The notes beneath the pieces were generated by a model that was given only the letters and a program-made list of their open reading frames with translations, was not told where the DNA came from and searched no databases. A stretch of 36,728 nt of DNA from an uncultured Actinomycetota bacterium (GTDB lineage Bacteria > Actinomycetota > Nitriliruptoria > Nitriliruptorales > Nitriliruptoraceae), in the NCBI GenBank assembly GCA_964505365.1, contig CAZDIF010000001.1:6056-42783 (forward strand), read 5' to 3'. Of this stretch, positions 1-8,223 are shown in pieces; the stretch's first letter is position 1; every line of letters begins with the position of its first letter. Made by a program: the position numbers and the translations under genes.

Positions 1-616
1 TCGGCGCCGACGGATCGATCGTCACCGACTCCACCGTCGGCGGACTGTTGACGGTCGTGACGGTCCAGGTGAACGTGTCGGTGTCGCTGGCGGTGTCGTC
101 GTCGGTCACGGTCAGGGTGACCGGGTAGCTGCCGGCAGCCCCGGCGGCGATGGTGCCCGAGATGGTGCCGGTGGCCGCATCCATGGTCAGCCCGTCGGGC
201 AGCCCGGACGCAGCCCACGTCAGCGGATCACCATCCGCGTCGCTGGCCGGCGCCGCCAGGCTCACCACCGTGCCCTCGGCATCGGTGCGGTCACCCAGGT
301 CCTGGTCGAAGACGGGCGCACTGTTGACCACCGTGACCGGATCCGAGGTCGCCACAGCCGAACTGTCGGTGCCATCGTGGGCCGTCACGGCCACCGTGAC
401 CGCATCCCCCTCGTCGCCATGGCCAGCCACCGCCAGATCCAGGCTCGCACCGGTCTGCCCCTCGATGTCCACCCCATTGACCGCCCACTGGTACGTGTAG
501 GTCAACGCATCCCCGTCAGGATCCGAGGCCACCACGTTGGCAACCACCACCTCATCGGTGGTCGGCGCCGACGGATCGATCGTCACCGACTCCACCGTCG
601 GCGGACTGTTGACGGT
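1..616 (-). repeat. 55-nt exact direct repeat (1..55 = 562..616), period 561 bp, inside the Ig-repeat coding region
   Basis: tcggcgccgacggatcgatcgtcaccgactccaccgtcggcggactgttgacggt occurs at both positions and diverges at nt 56/617. On the coding strand it encodes the inter-domain linker TVNSPPTVESVTIDPSAP. The first copy may extend beyond the window. Confidence 0.9.
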
Positions 617-2329
617 GGTCTCACCGATCGTGACTTCGAAGACCTCTCCGTCGTTCTCGTTCGAGTCCTGGCCGTTGTCGATGCCCCGGTCGGCGATCCA
701 GTAGCTCTTCTGGCCTTCCGGCGTGCTCGAGGGTGCCATCTCGAGCCCGGAGACGTGCGCGAGGTTCGGGATGCCCGACGCATCGATGATGCGCACGAGG
801 TCCCCGCTCTGGGTGATCTCATGGATCTTGCGGGACCGTCGGTCCCCGACCAGGAGGTTGTCGGTGGACGGGTCCCGGCTCAATCCCTCGACGTCGGTCG
901 GCCCGTGCTGGCCCACGTCGAAGTGGGTTACCACGTCGTCGCCGTCGCCGAAGACCCCATTGACCGGGTCGATGCGGTAGATCTCGGTGTTCACCCCGTC
1001 GGCGAAGAACAGGTGGCCCGACACGGTGTCGAAGACCGGGTCCTCCGCATCTGTCACGCCGTGGGACGTCTCCATGTCCATGAAGGTGTGGACGTTGTCG
1101 GACAACGTGTAGAGGTCACCGTCCGGACCGGGCTGGATGACGTGGATGCCGGAGTTGCCACTGTCCGAGGAGATGAAGAACGTGGTGGTCGCCGGGTCAT
1201 AGCCGACACCGGTCGGCTCCTTGGTGTAGGAGCGGAAGTCCGCGCTCTGTGTCACGGCTCCGGTCCGGGTCGACTCCCAGATGTTCGTGGAGTTGTGTCC
1301 GGCCCCGGTGGTCTCGTCGACCTCCGAATCGACCACGACGAGACGGTCGGTCTCGGGGCGGTACGCGATGCCCGAGGGGTCGGGGCTGGCCGGGTCCCAC
1401 TGGGACGTGTCGATGACCTGGACGAGAGATGCCGTGATCTCCTCCACGGTCGTCGCTTCGAGCTGGACGAGCGTCACCTCGGTCACGCCCCCCTGGAGGT
1501 CATTGCTGCCGGCATCGGCGATGAACACGTTCATCGTGTCGGGGTCGTCGGTGTTGTCGGTGCTCGGAGCGAACGTGATCGCCTGCGGGTCCCACAGCGA
1601 CACGTGACCGAAGTCGTAGGACCGCGCGATCCGCCCGTCACCGTCGAGCCCGTACAGGACTCGATCATCCATGTTCAGGGTGTAGACGAGGTCGTCACTC
1701 GAACTGTGGGCCAACCCGCGCAGGTCAGCCTTCCTCAGCTGCGAGATGGGGGTGCGGGGCCAGGAGGCGCTGTCCACGTCGCGGTCCACGTGGACGAGGC
1801 TGTTGGTGCGTGCGTCGAGCACGATCAGGGTGCCACTCCGGTCGACGGTGGCGCCCACTGGCTCCCCCGCTACCGACCCGACATGCGTCCGCCGCACAGG
1901 TGGCGCGGACTGGAAGAGTCGGTCGACGGGCACGGCCAGCATGTCGTCACCATCGAGCACAGTGACCTCCGACCGGGTTGCATCGAAGGCCATGGTCCTG
2001 AGCAGGCTGGCTGGCAGCGTTGCTGTCCCCATCGACGCGTCCGGACCACCCACCCGGGCAAGCATGGTCCCGTCACCTTCGACGCTCGGCGCCGCCACGA
2101 GCACCCCACCGGCCGGGTCGACCGCCACACCCTGGGGACGCGGGATGCCCACGTCTGCCGTGTGGACCGTTCGGACCTCCCGAGCGGGCAACCCCAACGC
2201 CACCTGCGCCGATGCCACGCCCGTGGGGGTAAGGGCGCCGGCCAGCACGCTGAGGACGACCACCATCGCCAGCCGCGGAGTCCTGCCAGCCCCGAACTGC
2301 AACCGTCGAACGCGCTCGCCACACCGCAT
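1..2329 (-). CDS. Secreted beta-propeller-like protein with C-terminal cadherin/He_PIG-type Ig-like repeats (C-terminus lies beyond the window start)
   Basis: Absent from the ORF track because it has no stop inside the window. Hand translation of the reverse strand from ATG 2329..2327 gives MRCGERVRRLQFGAGRTPRLAMVVVLSVLAGALTPTGVASAQV (signal-peptide-like h-region plus ASA site). I translated only nt 2..660 and about 2161..2329 by hand and both are free of stops. The frame being open in between is inferred, because no listed minus ORF uses this frame. The 3' part reads DPDGDALTYTYQWAVNG and SDADGDPLTWAASGLPDGLTMDAATGTISGT (Ig-like adhesin repeats). The 692-aa plus ORF 377..2455 is its R/H/V/D-rich antisense shadow. 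Confidence 0.7.
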   Translation of the reverse strand, partial: MRCGERVRRLQFGAGRTPRLAMVVVLSVLAGALTPTGVASAQVALGLPAREVRTVHTADVGIPRPQGVAVDPAGGVLVAAPSVEGDGTMLARVGGPDASMGTATLPASLLRTMAFDATRSEVTVLDGDDMLAVPVDRLFQSAPPVRRTHVGSVAGEPVGATVDRSGTLIVLDARTNSLVHVDRDVDSASWPRTPISQLRKADLRGLAHSSSDDLVYTLNMDDRVLYGLDGDGRIARSYDFGHVSLWDPQAITFAPSTDNTDDPDTMNVFIADAGSNDLQGGVTEVTLVQLEATTVEEITASLVQVIDTSQWDPASPDPSGIAYRPETDRLVVVDSEVDETTGAGHNSTNIWESTRTGAVTQSADFRSYTKEPTGVGYDPATTTFFISSDSGNSGIHVIQPGPDGDLYTLSDNVHTFMDMETSHGVTDAEDPVFDTVSGHLFFADGVNTEIYRIDPVNGVFGDGDDVVTHFDVGQHGPTDVEGLSRDPSTDNLLVGDRRSRKIHEITQSGDLVRIIDASGIPNLAHVSGLEMAPSSTPEGQKSYWIADRGIDNGQDSNENDGEVFEVTIGETTVNSPPTVESVTIDPSAPTTDEVVVANVVASDPDGDALTYTYQWAVNGVDIEGQTGASLDLAVAGHGDEGDAVTVAVTAHDGTDSSAVATSDPVTVVNSAPVFDQDLGDRTDAEGTVVSLAAPASDADGDPLTWAASGLPDGLTMDAATGTISGTIAAGAAGSYPVTLTVTDDDTASDTDTFTWTVTTVNSPPTVESVTIDPSAP

Positions 2330-2585
2330 GACTTGCCCCTGGCCAGTAGGTCAATCCGAGGACGGACCGCCGCGAGACGGACCCCGCCTCCGCGAGAAGT
2401 GAGGGCCCCAGAGTTCACCCTATGGCGTCGGCCACCGGGCTCCTCATGCGCATGACGTAGACGCTGGATGGGATGAACATCGTAGGACGGGTACATCAAA
2501 TTGGGGACTTGAGTCCCACCGCCTGCTCGTACGGTGCAATCGACAGACGGACTCTCTTCAGGCCAGGGACGGGGCGCCTGTTTCT
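2330..2585. promoter_or_regulatory. Divergent intergenic region, with the probable promoter/leader of the plus-strand polysaccharide operon
   Basis: About 250-300 bp without plausible coding sequence between divergent genes. It holds the only locally A/T-richer patch (gtacatcaaatt, 2491..2502), a near-palindrome GGGACTtgAGTCCC at 2504..2517, and TCGTAG at 2480..2485 on the operon coding strand. Confidence 0.45.
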
Positions 2586-2633
2586 GTGGACCCGGCCGAC
2601 CACGGTCGCCGTCCGTCGACCAAGGGGCTTTCG

Positions 2634-3464
2634 ATGCAGATGGGGCAGAATCATCTGAGCACGGAAGGTCTGTTCGAGGCCTCCGAGATTGCTGCGACGC
2701 CGATCGAGGGCGGCAGGCCCTCGCGTAACACGTCCTGGGACGAGACCACGTCCTTCATGGTGGCCACGGAGACGGAACCCCGGCCCGGGTACCGCATCGC
2801 CAAGCGAGTGATCGAGACAAGCATCAGCTTGGCTGTGCTGACACTGCTGTCACCGGTACTGCTGCTTCTCCTTGCCCTTGTTCGGCTCGACAGCCCTGGC
2901 CCCGCCATCTATCGCCAGGACCGCCTGCACGGTCGTCGGGTGCGACGCGGAGACGGCTGGGTCTGGGTGGCGGAACCCTTCACCCTGCTGAAGCTTCGGA
3001 CCATGGTTGCGGACGCAGATCCACGGATCCACCGGGAGTACATGAGCGCGTACCTGTCACGGGACACCGAACGCCTGAAGGAACTCAATCCTGATCGCCG
3101 ACCAGGCGGATCCTTCCGACCAGCGGCCGATCCTCGCGTGACACGCATCGGCGCCTGGCTCCGTCGACTCAGCCTCGATGAAGTCCCGCAACTGTGGAAC
3201 GTGGTTCGTGGGGACATGGCACTGGTTGGACCTCGACCACCCATGCCGTACGAAGCGGAACTGTACGAGCCGTGGGATCGAAAGCGGCTGGCCTGCCCGT
3301 CCGGCGTCACGGGGTGGGCGCAGATCCGTGGCCGGGCAGGGATCGGCCGTGACGAGTTGTTCGCCCTTGACCTCGAATACCTGGAACAGCGCAGTCTGTG
3401 GGTCGACCTGAAGATCATGGTGCTGTCGGTTCCGGCTGTGCTGTTCATGAGGGGAGCAGATTGA
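2634..3464 (+). CDS. Priming phosphoglycosyl (bacterial sugar) transferase, WbaP/EpsL-type C-terminal domain family
   Basis: ORF track 2586..3464. A TM helix ISLAVLTLLSPVLLLLLALV is followed by the Bac_transf core DPRVTRIGAWLRRLSLDEVPQLWNVVRGDMALVGPRPP. The start is ambiguous (GTG 2586, ATG 2634 or ATG 2757). Confidence 0.85.
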   Translation: MQMGQNHLSTEGLFEASEIAATPIEGGRPSRNTSWDETTSFMVATETEPRPGYRIAKRVIETSISLAVLTLLSPVLLLLLALVRLDSPGPAIYRQDRLHGRRVRRGDGWVWVAEPFTLLKLRTMVADADPRIHREYMSAYLSRDTERLKELNPDRRPGGSFRPAADPRVTRIGAWLRRLSLDEVPQLWNVVRGDMALVGPRPPMPYEAELYEPWDRKRLACPSGVTGWAQIRGRAGIGRDELFALDLEYLEQRSLWVDLKIMVLSVPAVLFMRGAD

Positions 3465-3466
3465 CC

Positions 3467-4684
3467 ATGACCCGCGCACGCATTGCCGTGATCGGATGCG
3501 GCTACTGGGGCCCGAACATCATCCGGGTCCTTCATGAGCTTGCCGACGTCGATCTGGCGGCGGTGGCCGAACAGGACCCCGAGCGCCTCGAGTACCTGCG
3601 CGGCCGCTATCCCCAGTTGACGGTGACCTCGAACCACACGGACCTGTTCGGCATGCAACTCGACGCCGTCGTGGTCGCAACACCCCCACAGACGCATCAC
3701 CCAATTGTGACCGAATGCCTCGACCACGGGCTCGACGTGATGGTCGAGAAGCCACTGGCCACCGACACGGCAGACGCCCGTGCCCTGGCTCGGCAGGCCG
3801 ACCAGCTGGGCCGCGTCCTCATGGTCGGTCACATCGGCGTGTTCAACCCGGCCGTCCGTCACCTCAAGGAGATGATCAGCCGGGACGAGCTGGGCACGCT
3901 CCGGTACGTGGACGCCGTGCGGGCTGGGCTGGGCCTCTTCCACCCGTCCCTGAACGTCATCTGGGACCTCGCCCCCCACGACATCGCGATCATCTCGTAC
4001 CTGCTCGGGCAGACGCCCGACAGCGTGAGCGCCCGAGGTGTTGCCTGCGTTCGTGATGCACTCGAAGACCTTGCGTACCTGACCTTCACGTATCCCAGCG
4101 GGGTGTTGGCACACATCCGGATGAGCTGGCTGGACCCGTGCAAGACGCGCCGCATCACGGTCGTCGGCAGCTCCATGATGGCCGTTCACGACGATCTGGA
4201 GCCGCACGAGAAGGTCAAGGTCTACGACAAGCACGTTGACGTGAAGGGCCCGACGGACAGCTTCAGCGATTTCCAGTACGCCTACCACTACGGGAGCGCC
4301 GTGAGCCCATACATCGAGTTCGAGGAACCCCTCCGCCTCGAGCTCCAGCACTTCACCGATTGCGTTCGGGACCGTGCACTCCCGATCACGGATGCCTGGA
4401 GCGGCGTCGATGTCGTCGAGGCCATCGATGCCGCCCAGCGATCCCTGCGTGCTGGAGGCGTCCAACTCCCCGTCCACCTCCCGGCCCACGGCAGGGTGCA
4501 CAACGACCACCTGGACAACGGGAGCCCGGTACGCAACGGCCGTGTGCGCCAACACTCGAGAGTCGGCAGCCACGCAGCCGGAGGGGATCGGACCGACGAT
4601 GCCGAACCCATCGTCATCGACGAGCCCGTGACGAGCCTCTCCGCATCCATGCCCACACCGAACGGGGGACGGCCGTGGTCCTGA
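3467..4684 (+). CDS. Gfo/Idh/MocA-family NAD-dependent sugar oxidoreductase (WbpB/WlbA-like 3-dehydrogenase candidate)
   Basis: Rossmann N-terminus RIAVIGCGYWGPN and the family motif MVEKPLA. ATG 3467 lies 2 nt after the upstream stop. There is an unusual low-complexity C-terminal tail of about 70 aa (4470..4684) that keeps third-position G/C bias. Confidence 0.8.
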   Translation: MTRARIAVIGCGYWGPNIIRVLHELADVDLAAVAEQDPERLEYLRGRYPQLTVTSNHTDLFGMQLDAVVVATPPQTHHPIVTECLDHGLDVMVEKPLATDTADARALARQADQLGRVLMVGHIGVFNPAVRHLKEMISRDELGTLRYVDAVRAGLGLFHPSLNVIWDLAPHDIAIISYLLGQTPDSVSARGVACVRDALEDLAYLTFTYPSGVLAHIRMSWLDPCKTRRITVVGSSMMAVHDDLEPHEKVKVYDKHVDVKGPTDSFSDFQYAYHYGSAVSPYIEFEEPLRLELQHFTDCVRDRALPITDAWSGVDVVEAIDAAQRSLRAGGVQLPVHLPAHGRVHNDHLDNGSPVRNGRVRQHSRVGSHAAGGDRTDDAEPIVIDEPVTSLSASMPTPNGGRPWS

Positions 4685-5760
4685 TCGACTACCTGCGCAT
4701 CTTCGTCCGCTGGTGGTGGATCATCGTCCTCGCCAGCGTCCCGACGATCGCCACCACCTTCTACCTCGTGAACCAGCAGCCCGACGTGTTTGCCTCCGAG
4801 GGCACCATGGTGATTCGTCCGCGGGCGGTGGATCAGGAAGACGCACTGCGGGCCGTTGGCACCTTGATCCGGGGTGCCGAGATCAATTCCACCTATGCGG
4901 CGATCGCCCGGAGCGACGTGATCCGCCAGCGTGCCGCTGCTCGACTTGACGACCCGAGAATGCGCGACCTCGACATGACGACCGAGATCGTCACGGGCAC
5001 GAACATCCTGCGGATCGGCGTTACGGGCCCCGACCCAGCACTGGCCCACGAACTGGCGACGATCATGATGGATGAAGTTGCCACCTACGTGCAGGAAAGC
5101 GGGGACGCGTACCTTCTTACACCCTTGGACCTGCCGGATCTCTCTGACGATCCCGTTGCGCCCGATCGGCGGCTCACGATCGCGCTCGGCGTCGTGCTCG
5201 GGCTCAGCCTGGGCATGGGGCTGGCGTTGTTTGCGGAGAAACTCCACCGCGGACACGGCCCCATGCGTCCATGGAATCGCAGCGGCATCGCAGACGAAGA
5301 AGCGCTTCGCCGGACCGTCCACGACCAGATTGACCGCCTTGCGCTCCCCCGCCAGCGAGTGGCCTTCGCCACCCTCACCCTGTCACATGAGGAGCCTTCT
5401 GCCCACCAGCGCGACCGGACAGCGCGGATCGTCGCGGACGGTCTGCTCGCACACCTGCGCAACTCCATCGAGGTCGGCGTGCTCGATGACGGCACCATCG
5501 TCGCGGTCGTTCCCGAACCCGGGGTCGACGGGCTTCAGAGGGAGATCGTCGCCGTCCGCGACGCGGTCGCCCCCACGCTGGTCAACCGAGTGTCGGGATC
5601 GGTCCGGATGGTCAGCAGCGTCTGCATCTGCACCCAACAGGACAGAAGGGGCGACCCGAACGCCATGGAGGTCTTCCAGCACCTGGCCAAGCCTCACGAT
5701 CTGCCCAGGGCCAGGGTCCAGTACCTCGCGGGCACGTCCACGAACGGCAGGGGGACGTGA
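4675..5760 (+). CDS. Wzz-like polysaccharide co-polymerase (chain-length determinant) with a non-kinase cytoplasmic C-terminal domain
   Basis: The N-terminus LIDYLRIFVRWWWIIVLASVPTIATTFYLV (Wzz motif plus TM1) is followed by an extracytoplasmic loop of about 135 aa, then TM2 LTIALGVVLGLSLGMGLALFA. The remaining ~170 aa have no Walker A motif. The GTG 4675 start overlaps the upstream stop (4682..4684). The upstream part of ORF 4360..5760 is R/P-rich junk. Confidence 0.7.
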   Translation: MVLIDYLRIFVRWWWIIVLASVPTIATTFYLVNQQPDVFASEGTMVIRPRAVDQEDALRAVGTLIRGAEINSTYAAIARSDVIRQRAAARLDDPRMRDLDMTTEIVTGTNILRIGVTGPDPALAHELATIMMDEVATYVQESGDAYLLTPLDLPDLSDDPVAPDRRLTIALGVVLGLSLGMGLALFAEKLHRGHGPMRPWNRSGIADEEALRRTVHDQIDRLALPRQRVAFATLTLSHEEPSAHQRDRTARIVADGLLAHLRNSIEVGVLDDGTIVAVVPEPGVDGLQREIVAVRDAVAPTLVNRVSGSVRMVSSVCICTQQDRRGDPNAMEVFQHLAKPHDLPRARVQYLAGTSTNGRGT

Positions 5761-5824
5761 TCGGCCAGACACCTCCGATCGGTGCGACAGGCCGCGCCGC
5801 GGCGGCTTGGTGAAGGAGGCTGCG

Positions 5825-6787
5825 GTGACCACGCTGAGCGGGGTGTCCCCCATCTTCGTCACAGGACTCGACCACAGTGGCCGACACATCCTCGCCGGCT
5901 TGCTCGGGTCGCACCCGAACATCGCGATGACGTGTGGCCTCAACGTCTGGCCGCGCTTCGGCGGGGACCTGGCTGACCTGTCCGCACCAGAGGACCTGTC
6001 CCGGTGCATTTCGGTCCTGCGGGACCATCAACTCATCCGGGCGCTGGGCGTCGACCTCGACCTGGTCCGCGAGAACTTCCTCGACGCTGGCGAGCGCACC
6101 TATGCCCGGTTGCTGGCCCTCATCGGGCTGCAGCACGCGCACCGGAGGCACAAGTCCCGGTGGGCGGACACCTCACCAGCGATCGAACATCACGCGAGCG
6201 AGCTCCTCGCCGACTTCCCGGACGCCAGGATCCTGCACGTCGTGCGTGACCCACGCGACCACCTGGCATCCACAAGGGCAGGGACGGGGCACGGGAGGAC
6301 CGCGGGAAGGGACACGGCAAAGTGGCTGCGGTCGGTCCGCGTGGCCCGAGACCTCGCCGCCCGTGATCCCGACCACTACCGCGCCGTGAGGTACGAGGAC
6401 GTGATGAACGACCCCGGGGCCGTTCTCCAGTTCATCTGCAGCTTCATCGCGGAGGAGTACACGCCCTCCATGTTCGCCCTGCAGGGAACGCAGCGTTCCT
6501 GCGTCTGCGGTCTCTGGCCCCCGGAAGCATCAGAGGGGCCGGTCGGCCGGTACCTCGAGAGGCTGACCTCGACCCAGATCGCCGTCATCGAGCGGATGGC
6601 GGCGACCGACATGGCGGCGGCCGGCTACGAGCTCGTGAGCCCTCAGCTCACATCCCTTCGGAATCTGTGGTTCGCCATCGTGAGACTGCCGATGGAGGTC
6701 GCGATGGCACGGGCCTGGTCCTGGGGTGACGCGATGCGTCGCCGCCGAGGAAGCCTCCGGTCTCCTACCCAGAGGGCGCCCGCATGA
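5825..6787 (+). CDS. Sulfotransferase 1 (Sulfotransfer_3-like, PAPS-dependent)
   Basis: 5'-PSB-like loop IFVTGLDHSGRHIL, 3'-PB motif ARILHVVRDPRDHLAS and RYEDV. RBS GAAGGAGG at 5812..5819 lies 5 nt before GTG 5825 (alternative GTG 5810). The first ~250 codons of ORF 5072..6787 overlap the Wzz-like gene out of frame and are rejected. Confidence 0.8.
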   Translation: MTTLSGVSPIFVTGLDHSGRHILAGLLGSHPNIAMTCGLNVWPRFGGDLADLSAPEDLSRCISVLRDHQLIRALGVDLDLVRENFLDAGERTYARLLALIGLQHAHRRHKSRWADTSPAIEHHASELLADFPDARILHVVRDPRDHLASTRAGTGHGRTAGRDTAKWLRSVRVARDLAARDPDHYRAVRYEDVMNDPGAVLQFICSFIAEEYTPSMFALQGTQRSCVCGLWPPEASEGPVGRYLERLTSTQIAVIERMAATDMAAAGYELVSPQLTSLRNLWFAIVRLPMEVAMARAWSWGDAMRRRRGSLRSPTQRAPA

Positions 6788-8223
6788 CCCCCTCGACAGC
6801 GATCAGCCGCCTTCCTGCCCTCGTTCCGCGACCGAAGCTCCGCATGCTGTGGCCGGTACCGGTCGCCGTCGGATCCGGGGTGGTGTTTGGGGGCCTGGTC
6901 GCCGCTGGGCAGTGGCCAGTCGCCGTGACACTGCTCGTGATGGTGCCGGCGGTGACACTGCTCCACCGGGAGCCCCTGGCCGGCGTCGCGGCATGGCTGG
7001 TCCTCGCGCCGCTGGTCGTGAACACGGACCAGATGTCGATCCGCATGGTGTTCTGGATCGTGCACCGGCTCCTCCCCGTCGCGCTGCTGCTCGCCCTCGT
7101 CCTCCGACCCCTCGTCATCGAGAACACCCGACCCTTGAAGCGGCTCCGATGGGTGGACGCCCTGGCCGCCGGATACGTCGTGGCGGGCCTGATCTCCGTC
7201 GCCTACACGTCCCCAAGCGCCGGAGACGCGACGATCCACCTGTACGACAATGTCGCCATGCCGGTGTGCCTGTATGCGGCCGTGCGTCTCCTCGGACCCG
7301 ACCGGGACGAGATCCGTCGATGGCTGTTCCCGGCGATCGCCATTGCGCTTGCCATCCAGGTCGCGGTTGGTCTGGTCTCGTGGGGGATGCCGAGCCTTCT
7401 GCCGTCGGCCTGGGAGTCCATCGAGCCTCGGGCTCGGACCACCGGAACCGTGAGGTCGGTGTCCGTGTACGGGGTGACGGTCATCACCGGGGCACTCGTC
7501 CTCCTCGACGAGGCTGCCGCGGCGACGCGCTCCCTCCGGCGGGTCCTGGCGTACCTCGGTTTCACGGTCGCGGTCGGGATGGTGTTCCTCACGTTCTCAC
7601 GAGGCAGTTGGCTCGCAGGCCTGCTGGCAATCGGAGCGGCACTGCTGGTTCACCGGCGCATCGTCGGGCGCCTGGCCCTGATCGTCGGGATGGTCGCGAT
7701 CCTCGTGGTCTCCTCAGGCTTGCTGACCTCCCAGTTCCAGTTCGCATCCGAACGGCTCGACTCGGAACAGGCCGACGAGTCGGCACTGGCTCGACTTCCC
7801 GTCGCCCTTGCGTCGATGCGCATGCTCCAGGAACGACCGCTCACCGGGTTCGGGTACGAGAACTTCGACCGTTTCGACCGCCCATACCAGGGTCCCGTGA
7901 TGGGCTACTACCCCGAGAAGGACCACGCGTCACACAACCTCTACCTCACCCTGGCCGCGGAGCAGGGCGTCATCGGCCTCGTCCTGTTCGTGGCGCCCGT
8001 CGTGTATTGGTGGTCGCGGACTCGTGCGGCCCGTCGACGCGGCCCCCTTGACCCTGGCAACTCACGACTGACCTTGCTGCTCTGGTTGGCGCTGCTCGCC
8101 CACGTGGCCGTGAACAACTTCAGCAACATGCGGGTGTCGTTCGGCCTGGGGTTGTGGTGGCTCACGCTCGGGCTCGTCGCGTCGCTCGTGGCGTCCCACG
8201 AGGATGAGGCGGTGCGCTCGTGA
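6784..8223 (+). CDS. Wzy-type polysaccharide polymerase / O-antigen ligase-family membrane protein
   Basis: A polytopic hydrophobic protein of 479 aa. It has a central Wzy_C-like block (FLTFSRGSWLAGLLAIGAALL) and a large loop containing HNLYLTLAAEQG. Its start forms an ATGA overlap with the upstream stop. Confidence 0.8.
   Translation: MTPSTAISRLPALVPRPKLRMLWPVPVAVGSGVVFGGLVAAGQWPVAVTLLVMVPAVTLLHREPLAGVAAWLVLAPLVVNTDQMSIRMVFWIVHRLLPVALLLALVLRPLVIENTRPLKRLRWVDALAAGYVVAGLISVAYTSPSAGDATIHLYDNVAMPVCLYAAVRLLGPDRDEIRRWLFPAIAIALAIQVAVGLVSWGMPSLLPSAWESIEPRARTTGTVRSVSVYGVTVITGALVLLDEAAAATRSLRRVLAYLGFTVAVGMVFLTFSRGSWLAGLLAIGAALLVHRRIVGRLALIVGMVAILVVSSGLLTSQFQFASERLDSEQADESALARLPVALASMRMLQERPLTGFGYENFDRFDRPYQGPVMGYYPEKDHASHNLYLTLAAEQGVIGLVLFVAPVVYWWSRTRAARRRGPLDPGNSRLTLLLWLALLAHVAVNNFSNMRVSFGLGLWWLTLGLVASLVASHEDEAVRS

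Noticed and set aside
377-2455. 692-aa plus-strand ORF, the longest listed ORF at the left end
   Set aside because: The composition is R/H/V/D/G-rich with no recognisable domain, typical of an antisense shadow in high-GC DNA. The opposite strand encodes a signal peptide and clean Ig-like repeat sequence. I translated only its two ends by hand, and the openness of the middle of that frame is inferred from the ORF track.
2909-4573. 554-aa minus-strand ORF overlapping the sugar transferase and the Gfo/Idh/MocA gene
   Set aside because: It is a shadow ORF. It has no motifs, whereas the plus-strand frames carry unambiguous family signatures and tight start/stop coupling.
4675-5760. Calling the Wzz-like protein a PCP-2a tyrosine autokinase (Wzc/EpsB type)
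   Set aside because: No Walker A/B motifs and no C-terminal Tyr cluster are present in the cytoplasmic domain.
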